Origin: an uncultured delta proteobacterium
Lineage (GTDB): Bacteria > Desulfobacterota > Desulfobacteria > Desulfobacterales > UBA2156
Assembly (NCBI GenBank): GCA_963736855.1
Contig: CAVTQK010000021.1
Coordinates: 384,001 to 448,000 of the forward strand
Direction: 5' to 3'
Length of the DNA: 64,000 nt
Made by a program: the position numbers and the translations under genes. The notes beneath the pieces are model-generated. The model had not been told where the DNA came from. It worked only from the letters and a program-made list of their open reading frames with translations, and made no database searches. This document shows, piece after piece, positions 1-9,877 of the stretch; the first letter of the stretch is position 1, and every line of letters begins with the position of its first letter.

Positions 1-209
1 ACCTTTCGCTGTGCCATGAAAATATTTTTTCTTTAGATAATCCTACGCCCGATCATATCGCAGAAGCCCTTTTATCGTCTATCCGACGATTTTCAAAAGA
101 TCCTAATATCGGATTGAGGGGGAAAAGCAAAACCCCGGATTACTGTAACAACCCCGAGATGTTTCCATTTGCGGAAGTGCTTTCTAAAATTCTCTTTTCC
201 ACCCTGTGA
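1..209 (+). CDS. C-terminal fragment of a WsaF-like rhamnosyltransferase (5'-truncated by window edge)
   Basis: Manual translation from nt 3: LSLCHENIFSLDNPTPDHIAEALLSSIRRFSKDPNIG...SKILFSTL, TGA at 207-209. Resembles the WsaF C-terminus as I recall it, and sits in a glycosyltransferase locus. Confidence 0.55.
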   Translation, partial: LSLCHENIFSLDNPTPDHIAEALLSSIRRFSKDPNIGLRGKSKTPDYCNNPEMFPFAEVLSKILFSTL

Positions 210-218
210 ACAAAGACT

Positions 219-1235
219 TTGAGCCGAGTTTCAGTCATTGTTTTAAATTACAACGGCAAACGGTTTTTAACATTTTGCCTGGATAACTTAATTCGGCAGA
301 ATTATGGGGATATCACTATTTCGGTAGTTGATAACGGCTCCTCAGATGGATCTGTCGAATTTATCAAAAATCAATACCCTCATCTCAGGCTAATTTCTTT
401 GAATTCGAATTTAGGTTTTTCAAAGGCAAACAACCGAATCATTCGATCCGGAACTGAGGAATATGTTGCCTTGCTCAATGCAGATGCAGTACCGGATTTA
501 AACTGGATTCAGAAACTGATTGAAGCCATGGATGAATTTCCGGATGCGGGTTTTGCCGCTTCAAAAATGCTCTATTTCCATAAACCGGATATTATCGATC
601 GGGCAGGCGACGGATATACACGTGCCGGAGTCGGATTACTTCGTGGACGCGGACAGCATATCTCGAATTACCAAAAGAAGGAATGGGTATTTGGCGCCTG
701 CGCTGGAGGTGCGATTTACAGAAGATCCATGCTCAACCATATCGGATTGTTTGATGAGGATTTCTTTTTGCTTTATGAAGATGTAGATTTAAGTTTCAGA
801 GCCCAACTATTTGGATATCAGTGTATTTATGTTCCGGAAGCGATGATTTTCCATATGGCCAGCGAAAGCATCGGTTACGACTCTCCTGTCTCGGTTTACT
901 ATTCACATCGCAATTTGGAATGGACCTATTTTCAAAATATGCCTAAACAATTGATGCTCAGATCCATCCATCAGCACTCGTTTTACATTTTTTTGGCTTT
1001 TCTGTTTTTTTCTACAAAAGGACTCGCAACACCATTTTTAAAGGCCAAAATTGACGCTCTGAAAGGGCTTAAATCAACAATAAAAAAACGAAAAGAGATC
1101 CAACGAAATAAATCAGTAACCGATCGATACATTTGGTCTCTTCTTGAAAATGAGTACTACCTACCTCGGCTGAATCGAAGATTAAAGAAGCCGGCCCGGA
1201 AGGTGCATGACATTTATGAGGGCAACAGAAAGTGA
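219..1235 (+). CDS. Glycosyltransferase family 2 (rhamnosyltransferase-like)
   Basis: VSVIVLNYNG, VVDNGSSDGS, NLGFSKANN, LLNAD, FDEDFFLLYEDVDLSFR motifs; TTG start. Confidence 0.9.
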   Translation: MSRVSVIVLNYNGKRFLTFCLDNLIRQNYGDITISVVDNGSSDGSVEFIKNQYPHLRLISLNSNLGFSKANNRIIRSGTEEYVALLNADAVPDLNWIQKLIEAMDEFPDAGFAASKMLYFHKPDIIDRAGDGYTRAGVGLLRGRGQHISNYQKKEWVFGACAGGAIYRRSMLNHIGLFDEDFFLLYEDVDLSFRAQLFGYQCIYVPEAMIFHMASESIGYDSPVSVYYSHRNLEWTYFQNMPKQLMLRSIHQHSFYIFLAFLFFSTKGLATPFLKAKIDALKGLKSTIKKRKEIQRNKSVTDRYIWSLLENEYYLPRLNRRLKKPARKVHDIYEGNRK

Positions 1236-3382
1236 AGACAGAACAAGTATCCATTGACACCATTATTGTAAATTATAACAGTACCGATTTCCTTTTAAAA
1301 TGTCTTGAATCGCTTTACAAAGACCTTGGAGATATTCCAGGGAAGGTTTTTATTCAAGATAACGCCTCAACGGATAACGTCGATCGGATTCTCGACCATT
1401 TTCCTCAGGCTGTTTTAAAGAAGAATGTAACGAATTTAGGCTTCTCAGCCGCAGTCAACCAAGCTCTAAAACAAAGCAAAGCCCCCTATGTCGTATTATT
1501 GAATCCGGATTCATTTATCATGGAAGGATTTTTCGAAGCCGTTTTAACTCATTTTATAGAAAATCCTTCCATAGGTATCCTTGGCCCGAAGATCCTGGAT
1601 AGCGATGGTAAGGTGCAAGGGTCTGCTCGCTCATTCCCGACTCCCCTGACAGCCTTTTTCGGGCGAAAATCTCTTTTTACCCGACTTTTTCCCAACAACC
1701 CCATTACCACGTCGAACGTGCTGACGATGCAAAGTGACGGCGTGACCCCCATGGAGGTGGACTGGGTATCCGGGGCATGCATGGTGGTCAGCCGGAAGGC
1801 CGTTGAAGCTGCAGGGTATCTGGATGAACGATTTTTTATCTACTGGGAAGACGCAGATTGGTGTCGGAGAATGTCCCAGGCAGGTTGGGAGGTCGTCTAC
1901 TTTCCGCGTGCCTGTGTGGTGCACTTTGTGGGGGTGAGCAGCGATCAATTGCTGGTACGATCCCTCTTTGAATTTCATAAAAGCGTCTATCTTCTTTTTG
2001 AAAAATACAGCCGGCCCTCCTCCTGGATCATGAAGGCGATGATCATCTCGGGCCTGTACTTCCGTTTTTGTTTTGTCATCATTTCCAGCGGAATCGCCTT
2101 GTGGATCCGAAAGCATCAGATACCGGCGCGTCACGCGATTGAGGCCTTCGTTCCGACTTTAACCCGGAAAATTCGGGTATTGCGTATGATTGCCCGCTTG
2201 AACATCGGTGGTCCTGCCATCCATGTTTATCTCCTCACCAAAGGGCTAAACGAGGAAAGGTTCGATTCCACCTTGGTCACCGGCATCATCTCGCCTCTGG
2301 AAGGAGATATGAGTTATCTTCTCAAATCGGATAACATGAAGACCATTGTAATCCCGGAACTTCAGCGGGAAATCAGCTTCAAGATGGATTTAAAAACCAT
2401 CGCTAAAATCTTCAGGGTTCTCATGTCCGAACGCCCGGACATTGTCCACACCCATACCGCCAAGGCCGGCACCAGTGCCCGGCTGGCTGCGCTGGCCTAT
2501 AATTTAATCAGAAGAAATTCTCTCCGGGTGGTCCACACGTTTCATGGGCATATTTTTGAAGGATATTTCAGCAAGGGAAAATCAATGTTTTTTGTCCTCA
2601 TCGAGCGTCTCCTGGCAAGAATCACCGATGCCATTATTGCCATCAGCAAGACCCAGAAAGAAGATCTGGTTGAAAAATACCGTATTGCCCCTGCTGAAAA
2701 AATCAAAACCGTGGAATTGGGTTTTGATCTTGAGCCCTTTCTGAATTCCGAGAATCTGAAGGGAAAATTCAGGCAGTCATTGGGTGTGTCAGAAGACGTG
2801 ACTCTCATCGGGATCATCGGAAGGCTTGTCCCGATCAAGAACCATGTTATGTTTTTAAAGGCGGCAAAGATCCTTTTAGACCGTAACCCTGAACGCAATC
2901 TTCTTTTCGTCGTGGTGGGTGATGGCGAATTACGCGAGGATCTGGAGCGCTTTTGTCAAAATCAGGGCCTTTCCAAACGTGTCCGCTTTTGCGGATGGAT
3001 CCGTGAAGTTTCTCAAGTGTACGCCGATCTGGACATCCTGGCGTTGACTTCCATCAATGAAGGGACGCCCGTTTCCATCATCGAAGCCATGGCCTCTTCA
3101 ATCCCGGTTGTCGCCACCGATGTAGGCGGCGTCCGAGATCTCCTTGGGAGACCACAAGATTCCGGGCAAATTGATGGATTGATGTTATGCGAACGAGGAA
3201 TTTTATGCAGAAACAAAGATGTTCTCGGCTTTGCTAAGGGACTGGATTATCTTCTCAAGAACCGGGAATCAGAAGGGCAGATGCGCGTTGCAAACGCCCG
3301 AGCCTTTGTCCGGGAACGGTTCGACCAGAAGCGGCTCCTGCAGGACATGGAAAGCCTGTATCTAGAACTCATGAACCTATAG
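1232..3382 (+). CDS. Bifunctional glycosyltransferase: GT2 (WbbL-like) domain, hydrophobic segment, GT4 domain
   Basis: GT2 motifs IIVNYN, LLNPD, DWVSGACM, DERFFIYWEDADWC; GT4 motifs ARLNIGGPA, HTHTAKAG, SINEGTPVSIIEAMA. Confidence 0.9.
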   Translation: MKTEQVSIDTIIVNYNSTDFLLKCLESLYKDLGDIPGKVFIQDNASTDNVDRILDHFPQAVLKKNVTNLGFSAAVNQALKQSKAPYVVLLNPDSFIMEGFFEAVLTHFIENPSIGILGPKILDSDGKVQGSARSFPTPLTAFFGRKSLFTRLFPNNPITTSNVLTMQSDGVTPMEVDWVSGACMVVSRKAVEAAGYLDERFFIYWEDADWCRRMSQAGWEVVYFPRACVVHFVGVSSDQLLVRSLFEFHKSVYLLFEKYSRPSSWIMKAMIISGLYFRFCFVIISSGIALWIRKHQIPARHAIEAFVPTLTRKIRVLRMIARLNIGGPAIHVYLLTKGLNEERFDSTLVTGIISPLEGDMSYLLKSDNMKTIVIPELQREISFKMDLKTIAKIFRVLMSERPDIVHTHTAKAGTSARLAALAYNLIRRNSLRVVHTFHGHIFEGYFSKGKSMFFVLIERLLARITDAIIAISKTQKEDLVEKYRIAPAEKIKTVELGFDLEPFLNSENLKGKFRQSLGVSEDVTLIGIIGRLVPIKNHVMFLKAAKILLDRNPERNLLFVVVGDGELREDLERFCQNQGLSKRVRFCGWIREVSQVYADLDILALTSINEGTPVSIIEAMASSIPVVATDVGGVRDLLGRPQDSGQIDGLMLCERGILCRNKDVLGFAKGLDYLLKNRESEGQMRVANARAFVRERFDQKRLLQDMESLYLELMNL

Positions 3383-3412
3383 ATTCTTAGAAAACCTTTT
3401 TCGTATTTTACG

Positions 3413-4213
3413 ATGCAACTTTTTTCCTTCTTAGTACCTTTAAAGCACGCGTCCCTCATTTTCCGGCTCGCCAAACGTGAAGTTTCTTCCCGATACCGGG
3501 GGTCATTTTTAGGCTTGGCATGGTCGGTTATTACGCCGCTGGTGATGCTGAGTATCTACACTTTTATTTTCAGCCAGGTGTTCAAAATACGCTGGGGGTC
3601 TTTGGAGCAAGGAACCGGGGAATTTGCACTCAGGCTTTTTTCCGGGTTGATTGTATTCAACTTTTTTTCAGAGAATATCAACCGGGCGCCAAACCTCATC
3701 CTTGAAAACCCCTCTTACGTTAAGAAGGTAGTTTTCCCCTTGGAGATTCTCCCCATCACCGGAACATTGTCCGTGCTTTTCAATACATTGACTTCAATGC
3801 TGGTACTTGTGTTCGGGATTGTTGTAATAAAAAGAAGCTTGGGTTTTGGTGTTGTGTATCTCGTACCCATATGGATCTCACTGATGCTGGTCACTTGGGG
3901 GATCGGATGGTTTTTAGCCGGACTCGGCGTCTACCTAAGAGATTTGAGGCATGTCGTTTCCACAGGGTTGACCATTATGCTTTTTTTAAGCCCCATTTTT
4001 TATCCGGTGACCGCACTTCCCGCAGGGATGCGAAAGATAATTTATTTCAATCCCTTGACTTTCTTCATCGAACAAAATCGCAATATACTCATGGAAAATA
4101 AGCCTCCGGATCTTTTATATTTGGTCATTGCTATGATCGCTTCCTGTCTAACGGCCTCGGTAGGCTTTTGGTTGTTCGAAAAAATGAGGAAAGGGTTTCC
4201 CGATGTCCTTTGA
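3413..4213 (+). CDS. wzm: ABC-2 polysaccharide export permease Wzm
   Basis: RYRGSFLGLAW, YVKKVVFPLEILP, LSPIFYP, NPLT motifs; multiple TM segments; overlaps wzt start. Confidence 0.92.
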   Translation: MQLFSFLVPLKHASLIFRLAKREVSSRYRGSFLGLAWSVITPLVMLSIYTFIFSQVFKIRWGSLEQGTGEFALRLFSGLIVFNFFSENINRAPNLILENPSYVKKVVFPLEILPITGTLSVLFNTLTSMLVLVFGIVVIKRSLGFGVVYLVPIWISLMLVTWGIGWFLAGLGVYLRDLRHVVSTGLTIMLFLSPIFYPVTALPAGMRKIIYFNPLTFFIEQNRNILMENKPPDLLYLVIAMIASCLTASVGFWLFEKMRKGFPDVL

Positions 4214-5456
4214 TGCGCCACTTAATGCAGGCGTGAATAGAGCACAGGGAAATCCGGAAACCCGGTATGCCGTCAGAACCGCCGGCCTTTCCAAAAAATA
4301 TCGCATTTACAACCAGCCCCGGGACCGCCTCTTCCAGATGTTTAATTTCACCCGGAAAAGGTTTTATTCGGAATTCTGGGCACTCAAAGATGTCAGCTTC
4401 ATGGTTCGACCCGGAGAGACTATCGGCATCGTGGGCCGGAACGGATCCGGAAAGACCACTCTGTTGCAGCTCATCTGCGGCACGTTGATCCCGACTTCCG
4501 GTTTTGTGGAGGTCAACGGTCGAACCGCTCCGCTTCTCGAGCTGGGATCCGGCTTTAATCCGGAATACAGCGGCTTGGAAAACGTGTATATAAACGGTGC
4601 GATTCTGGGGATGAGCACCGAAGAGATCGAATCGAAACTGGAATCGATTTTAGCGTTTGCGAATATCGGGGAGTTTGTACACCGTCCGGTAAAAATATAC
4701 TCCAGTGGCATGTATGTGCGTTTAGCCTTTGCCGTCGCCATCCACACGGATCCTCAGATTCTGATCATAGACGAAATCCTGACGGTGGGGGATGCGGCCT
4801 TCCAGCGGAAATGCATCCAGCGTTTCTATGAACTCCGAAGCAGGGGCTGCACCATTCTTTTCGTTTCCCATGATGCTTACCAGGTCAAAGCCATATGCCA
4901 AAAGGCTCTCTATTTATCCCAGGGACACGCAGTCGTTTACGGCGACTCTCATGAGGTCGTGGATCGCTACGTAGAAGATTTGCAAAAATCCGAATCCGAA
5001 CCGGAGTCCACCGAATCCTTGCGAGCAACGGCCTCTAAACCCCCCTTGCAAATCTCACGGGTTTGCATTGAAAATACCGAAGGTCGAGCCGTCGACCAAA
5101 TTAAAAGCGGTGAAACCCTGTTCCTTATTTTTCAATACGAACGACTCGATAAAGGTTTTAACGAAGAGATTTCTTTTGTCTTCAACCTCTACCGCCAGGA
5201 TGGAACTTATATCTGCGGGGCCACCACCCTGATGGAACATCTGCCCCCGGTATCGGTTCAGGATAAAGGGGAAGTTTCGATCTGTTTTCCGGAATTGTCG
5301 CTTACCGCAGGCTCTTACATGTGGCGGGTGGCCATCAATGATGCGGGAGGCATGATGGTGCATGCCCAGGCCAGGTATGTCTCTCCTTTTCGAGTGGTGG
5401 ACGATTTTCGGTCGGTGGGAATCGTGGATCTGAAGCGGACATGGTCTTTTCGATAA
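4203..5456 (+). CDS. wzt: ABC polysaccharide export ATPase Wzt with C-terminal carbohydrate-binding domain
   Basis: Walker A GRNGSGKT, signature YSSGMYVRLAF, Walker B ILIIDE, plus a beta-rich C-terminal extension. Confidence 0.92.
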   Translation: MSFDAPLNAGVNRAQGNPETRYAVRTAGLSKKYRIYNQPRDRLFQMFNFTRKRFYSEFWALKDVSFMVRPGETIGIVGRNGSGKTTLLQLICGTLIPTSGFVEVNGRTAPLLELGSGFNPEYSGLENVYINGAILGMSTEEIESKLESILAFANIGEFVHRPVKIYSSGMYVRLAFAVAIHTDPQILIIDEILTVGDAAFQRKCIQRFYELRSRGCTILFVSHDAYQVKAICQKALYLSQGHAVVYGDSHEVVDRYVEDLQKSESEPESTESLRATASKPPLQISRVCIENTEGRAVDQIKSGETLFLIFQYERLDKGFNEEISFVFNLYRQDGTYICGATTLMEHLPPVSVQDKGEVSICFPELSLTAGSYMWRVAINDAGGMMVHAQARYVSPFRVVDDFRSVGIVDLKRTWSFR

Positions 5457-5494
5457 AGAAATCGGTAAATGAAAGAAGCTGAATAAGAAAAGTC

Positions 5495-7510
5495 ATGGAA
5501 CGGTTGGAATTTCAGGCAAATCCGAATAATCCCATGGAGTTGAGCAATCATGTGGCGCGCTATTTCCTTTTGGCTGAGCACGTCAAAGGGCGCCGGATCC
5601 TGGACATCGCATGCGGGGAAGGGTGGGGCAGCTATCTGATGGCCAAAAAGTGGGGAGCCGATTTTGTGCATGCCGTGGACCGATCTTGTGCGGCCATTCA
5701 GGAAGCGGAGAAGAGATTTCATCTTCCCAACATTGAATGGTCCGTCATGGATGCCGAGAGCCTTAACCCATCTGATTTTAAGCTCCCCTTTGACGTGGTG
5801 GTCAGCATTGAAACTTTAGAGCATCTCAATGACCCAGAAGCCTTCCTTAGGATCATCTCTCGTCTCATCCGCCCAGGAGGGCTGATCCTGATTTCCTGCC
5901 CCAATGACCGGTGGTTTTACGGTCCCGGAAAGTCCAAGAACCCCTATCACGTCCGAACCTATTCTTTTTTTCAGTTCAAGGAATTGACCGAAAGCGTTTT
6001 GGGTCCGGCATCAATATATTTTTTAGGGACAAAGGCGGATGGATTTGCGATAATTCCGGTGGACGCTGCTGAAGATACACCCCTCGACATGATTAGCGCT
6101 TTGGAAGGATTGGGAAGTATTCGTGCCGTGAAGGTCTCAGCGAACCCGCAGCTTACCGTCGATTCCGAGCATGCCTTATATTTTATGGGTGTCTGGGGTC
6201 CGTCCCCTCCGGATCCTGTTTTCGCTGTTACCGCCATTCACCCGGAGAAGCGTTTTTTCCTGGATCACCTGCGACCGTTAGGCATGGATGTCCATGGCCC
6301 CAAGAAAAAGATCACCCTGGTGGCCGACACTCCGGGATGGGCTTATGACAACATCAGCCGGAATATCCACAAGTATCTCGGCGACCTTTTCGATATCCGA
6401 ATCGTGCACGTGGTGGACTACAAGGATTATCATGCCGCATTTCTCGATCTTTTCTGCTTAAATACAACCGACCATGTCCACTTTTTCTGGCGAGAATATC
6501 TTTTTGCCATGCTCCAAAGCCTTTCCGCAAAAACGATTAACGCATCTATCCCCTTGGAACAGGCCATTGATCGGTTTTGTGAAAAAAGCATCACCTTCTC
6601 CATTTATGACCATCTTTATCTTAGTGATGAAGAAATCGAGGCACGCCAGAGTCTTTTTGCCGTTACGGATGCTTACAGCGTCAGTTCCCGGCGTTTGTCT
6701 GAAATCTATCAGAAACGGTTCCAAATTATTCCGGATGTCATTATCGAAGATGGTGTGGATCTCGACCTTTTTAAGCCTCAACACCTGGATCGATTACAGG
6801 AGACCGGACGGGACTTGGTGGTGGGTTGGTCCGGAAACAGCCGATGGCATCTCACCGATACCGAAGATCCCAAGGGACTGCACACCATCCTCAAGCCTGC
6901 GATTAAACACCTTCAGGATCAGGGAGTTTCCATTCAGGGACGATATGCCGACGTATCGGAAAAGATCCGGCCCAGGTCCGAAATGCCGGAGTTTTACAAC
7001 AGCCTCGATGTTCTGGTTTGTGCGTCGGCTATTGAAGGAACGCCCAATCCGGTCCTGGAAGCCATGGCCTGCGGCGTCCCTATTTTATCGACGGATGTGG
7101 GGATTATTCCTCAGCTTCTCGGTCCCAGGCAGCAGCAATTCATCCTGTCCGAACGCTCGGTGGAGGCGATGGTGGAAAAGCTTTCCCTCCTGGCCCAAAA
7201 TCGAACGATTTTAACCGAACTTTCCATCGAAAATCTCGAGCAGATTCGACATTGGACCTGGGAACACCATATGACCAAATGGATGCTCCTGTTCAAGACA
7301 GCTTCTCTTCGCCATGATACCCGGGCCATGCATCGAAAAAAGCGGTTTCTGAAAAGTTATATGAAAACGGAATCGATGCTCAAAGGGCCCAGCCCCAAGG
7401 ATCATCTAAAAAAGGTGGCCTACCGGATCCATCCGGATACCCTTTTCTGGCGAAACTTGAAAAATCGGGTACTCAAACCTTATTACAAAATCCGCAGAAT
7501 CTGGCCATGA
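5495..7510 (+). CDS. Class I SAM methyltransferase fused to a GT4-type glycosyltransferase
   Basis: ILDIACGEGWGS and FDVVVSIETLEHL (MTase); EGTPNPVLEAMACGVPILSTDVG (GT-B). Confidence 0.85.
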   Translation: MERLEFQANPNNPMELSNHVARYFLLAEHVKGRRILDIACGEGWGSYLMAKKWGADFVHAVDRSCAAIQEAEKRFHLPNIEWSVMDAESLNPSDFKLPFDVVVSIETLEHLNDPEAFLRIISRLIRPGGLILISCPNDRWFYGPGKSKNPYHVRTYSFFQFKELTESVLGPASIYFLGTKADGFAIIPVDAAEDTPLDMISALEGLGSIRAVKVSANPQLTVDSEHALYFMGVWGPSPPDPVFAVTAIHPEKRFFLDHLRPLGMDVHGPKKKITLVADTPGWAYDNISRNIHKYLGDLFDIRIVHVVDYKDYHAAFLDLFCLNTTDHVHFFWREYLFAMLQSLSAKTINASIPLEQAIDRFCEKSITFSIYDHLYLSDEEIEARQSLFAVTDAYSVSSRRLSEIYQKRFQIIPDVIIEDGVDLDLFKPQHLDRLQETGRDLVVGWSGNSRWHLTDTEDPKGLHTILKPAIKHLQDQGVSIQGRYADVSEKIRPRSEMPEFYNSLDVLVCASAIEGTPNPVLEAMACGVPILSTDVGIIPQLLGPRQQQFILSERSVEAMVEKLSLLAQNRTILTELSIENLEQIRHWTWEHHMTKWMLLFKTASLRHDTRAMHRKKRFLKSYMKTESMLKGPSPKDHLKKVAYRIHPDTLFWRNLKNRVLKPYYKIRRIWP

Positions 7511-8670
7511 TATCGGGAAGGGGCTGTCAAGACTCGATCCGAATCCTGCATCTCATCACCACTTTGGATGTGGGCGGCGCCGAGGTGATGCTGATGCGTC
7601 TTCTTACCGCCCTGGATCCAAACTTGTTTTCCAGTCGGGTCGTCTGCATGGCCGGCCCCGGAGAAATCGGCGAACAAATTGGCTTGTTGGGGATACCGGT
7701 TTCCTATCTGGACTTTCAGCGTGGACGTATCGCACTTTTCGGTATCTTCAAGTGGTTTAAGATTTTGCGCGAATACCGACCTGCGATCATTCAGGCATGG
7801 ATGTATCACGCCAACCTCCTGGCACTTTCTGCGCCTCTTGCGGTCGGCAGTGCCCGGGTTTTCTGGAATATCCAGGCTTCCGGAAGAGATCCCTCAGGAT
7901 TCAAGGCGCTGACACGGGGAGTAATACGGGCCTGCAGCCGTCTTTCCGCTTTTCCGGAGGCTGTCATTGTTAATTCGAAAAAAGGCCTGGCAGACCATTG
8001 CCGCATGGGATATCGGCCCGGGAATCTGAATTATATCCCTAACGGGTTTGATGTAAATTTATATTTGCCCCTTAAACCCGAGATCCGCAGACGGATTCGA
8101 CAAATCCTCGGGATCAACGACGAAACCCCTTGTGTGGGCATGTTCGCCCGATACCACCCCATCAAGGATCATTTCACGGCTTTGTTGGCAGCCCGTGGAG
8201 TGCAGGAAAGCGGTTTAAGAACGCATTTTTTCTTTGCCGGCGCTGGTGTAGACCATCACAACACCGCCCTTTGCCGCCTGATTTCGAGGCTGGGTCTGGA
8301 ATCTTCGGCGCACCTTCTGGGATACCGGAAAGATGTCGCCTCCCTCATGGCCGCCATGGACACGGTGATCTCATGTTCCCATAGTGAGGGGCTTTCCAAT
8401 GTCATCGGAGAGGCCATGGCCGCAGGTGTTCCGTGCGTGGTCACGGATGTGGGGGATTCCGCCCTGGTGGTGGGTGACACCGGAAAAACGGTCAGACCTC
8501 ATGATCCCGAAGCCCTGGCCAAGGCCCTTCTGGAAATTCTCCGAATGCCCGCGGATGAAAGAAAGGCCCTGGGGGGAAAAGCCAGGGCCCGGATTCAGCT
8601 TCATTATACCATCGAAAAAGTGGCGGACACCTATTCGCAATTGTACCAAAAGGCCACAACCAAAAAATAA
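7507..8670 (+). CDS. Glycosyltransferase family 4
   Basis: LDVGGAE, WMYHANL, IPNGFD, SEGLSNVIGEAMAAGVPCVVTDVGD. Confidence 0.92.
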   Translation: MISGRGCQDSIRILHLITTLDVGGAEVMLMRLLTALDPNLFSSRVVCMAGPGEIGEQIGLLGIPVSYLDFQRGRIALFGIFKWFKILREYRPAIIQAWMYHANLLALSAPLAVGSARVFWNIQASGRDPSGFKALTRGVIRACSRLSAFPEAVIVNSKKGLADHCRMGYRPGNLNYIPNGFDVNLYLPLKPEIRRRIRQILGINDETPCVGMFARYHPIKDHFTALLAARGVQESGLRTHFFFAGAGVDHHNTALCRLISRLGLESSAHLLGYRKDVASLMAAMDTVISCSHSEGLSNVIGEAMAAGVPCVVTDVGDSALVVGDTGKTVRPHDPEALAKALLEILRMPADERKALGGKARARIQLHYTIEKVADTYSQLYQKATTKK

Positions 8671-8691
8671 GCCTTCGGGTAAGGAAGTCCA

Positions 8692-9876
8692 ATGGACAAA
8701 ACCATCGATCTATTGGTTAAAAAAGGGATTCGTTTCACGCACCCTGAGAGCGTGGAGATCGGTTCCGAAGTGAATATCGAACGCATTTCAGGACAAGGGA
8801 TCGTCATTTACGGGGGATGCCGAATATATGGTAAAGATACGTGTATTTCGGAGAAAGCTGTTATAGGAGAAGAGGCCCCTGTGACCGTTGTCGATTGCCA
8901 GGTGGGGCCCCACGTGAAGCTGAAAGGCGGCTTTTTCAAGGAAGCCGTATTTCTCAAGGGATCCTCAATGGGCTCCGGTGCCCATGCCCGGGAAGGCACC
9001 ATACTGGAAGAAGAGGCCGGCGGCGCCCACACTGTCGGCTTAAAGCAGACGATTCTCTTTCCATTTGTAACTCTTGGAAGTCTGATCAATTTTTGTGACT
9101 GTTTCATGGCGGGTGGGACCAGTCGGAAAGACCATAGTGAAGTGGGAAGCAGTTATATTCACTTCAATTATACCCCCTATCAGGACAAAGCCACGCCTTC
9201 CCTGATCGGAGATGTGCCCAGAGGCGTGATGCTTCGCGAAAACCCGATTTTTCTGGGAGGGCAGGGGGGCATGGTAGGCCCCTGTCGTTTGGCCTTCGGC
9301 ACAGTGATCGCCGCCGGATCCATCTGCCGGAAAGACGAGTTGCGGACGAATCGGCTGATTCTTCACGCATCCCCTAAAACCCTCAACACCGAATTCAAAC
9401 GGGATCATAACCTCAACCCCGGTCGGATCATTACCAACAATACCATCTATATCGCCAACCTCATGGCCCTGCGGAGATGGTACCGGGATGTCCGAAGGCT
9501 ATTCATAACCGATACTTTTTCGGAAGCGCTCCATGCAGGGCTGATGGAAAAAGCGGAGATGGCGTTAAAGGAAAGGATCCGACGCCTGAAGGAGTATGTC
9601 TTAAAAATATCTGTTCCGGGTGCCGAAGGCCGGTGGAACGGCTTCGAGGATACGGTACAAGAAATGCATGGCTTCCAGGGGAAAAACAAATTCCGGGATA
9701 CTTTCCTGAAAGCCCTCCAGGATTCAATGGCCGTAAATTCAAAAGAATACCTGCCATCCATTAAAGGTTTAAGTGAAAAAGGAGCGGCCGCAGGAACGAC
9801 GTGGCTTCAGGAAATCGTCGATGCTGCCGTAATGCGACTGACCGCCGCTGTTTCCTGCAAGCACAAAGGATGCTGA
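8692..9876 (+). CDS. GlmU-like left-handed beta-helix (acetyltransferase-type) protein lacking the uridyltransferase domain
   Basis: Starts like the GlmU linker/LbH region (LLVKKGIRFTHPESVEIG), hexapeptide-like repeats, SHxxY-equivalent GSLINFCD, IHFNY; directly upstream of glmM. Confidence 0.7.
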   Translation: MDKTIDLLVKKGIRFTHPESVEIGSEVNIERISGQGIVIYGGCRIYGKDTCISEKAVIGEEAPVTVVDCQVGPHVKLKGGFFKEAVFLKGSSMGSGAHAREGTILEEEAGGAHTVGLKQTILFPFVTLGSLINFCDCFMAGGTSRKDHSEVGSSYIHFNYTPYQDKATPSLIGDVPRGVMLRENPIFLGGQGGMVGPCRLAFGTVIAAGSICRKDELRTNRLILHASPKTLNTEFKRDHNLNPGRIITNNTIYIANLMALRRWYRDVRRLFITDTFSEALHAGLMEKAEMALKERIRRLKEYVLKISVPGAEGRWNGFEDTVQEMHGFQGKNKFRDTFLKALQDSMAVNSKEYLPSIKGLSEKGAAAGTTWLQEIVDAAVMRLTAAVSCKHKGC

Positions 9877-9877
9877 T

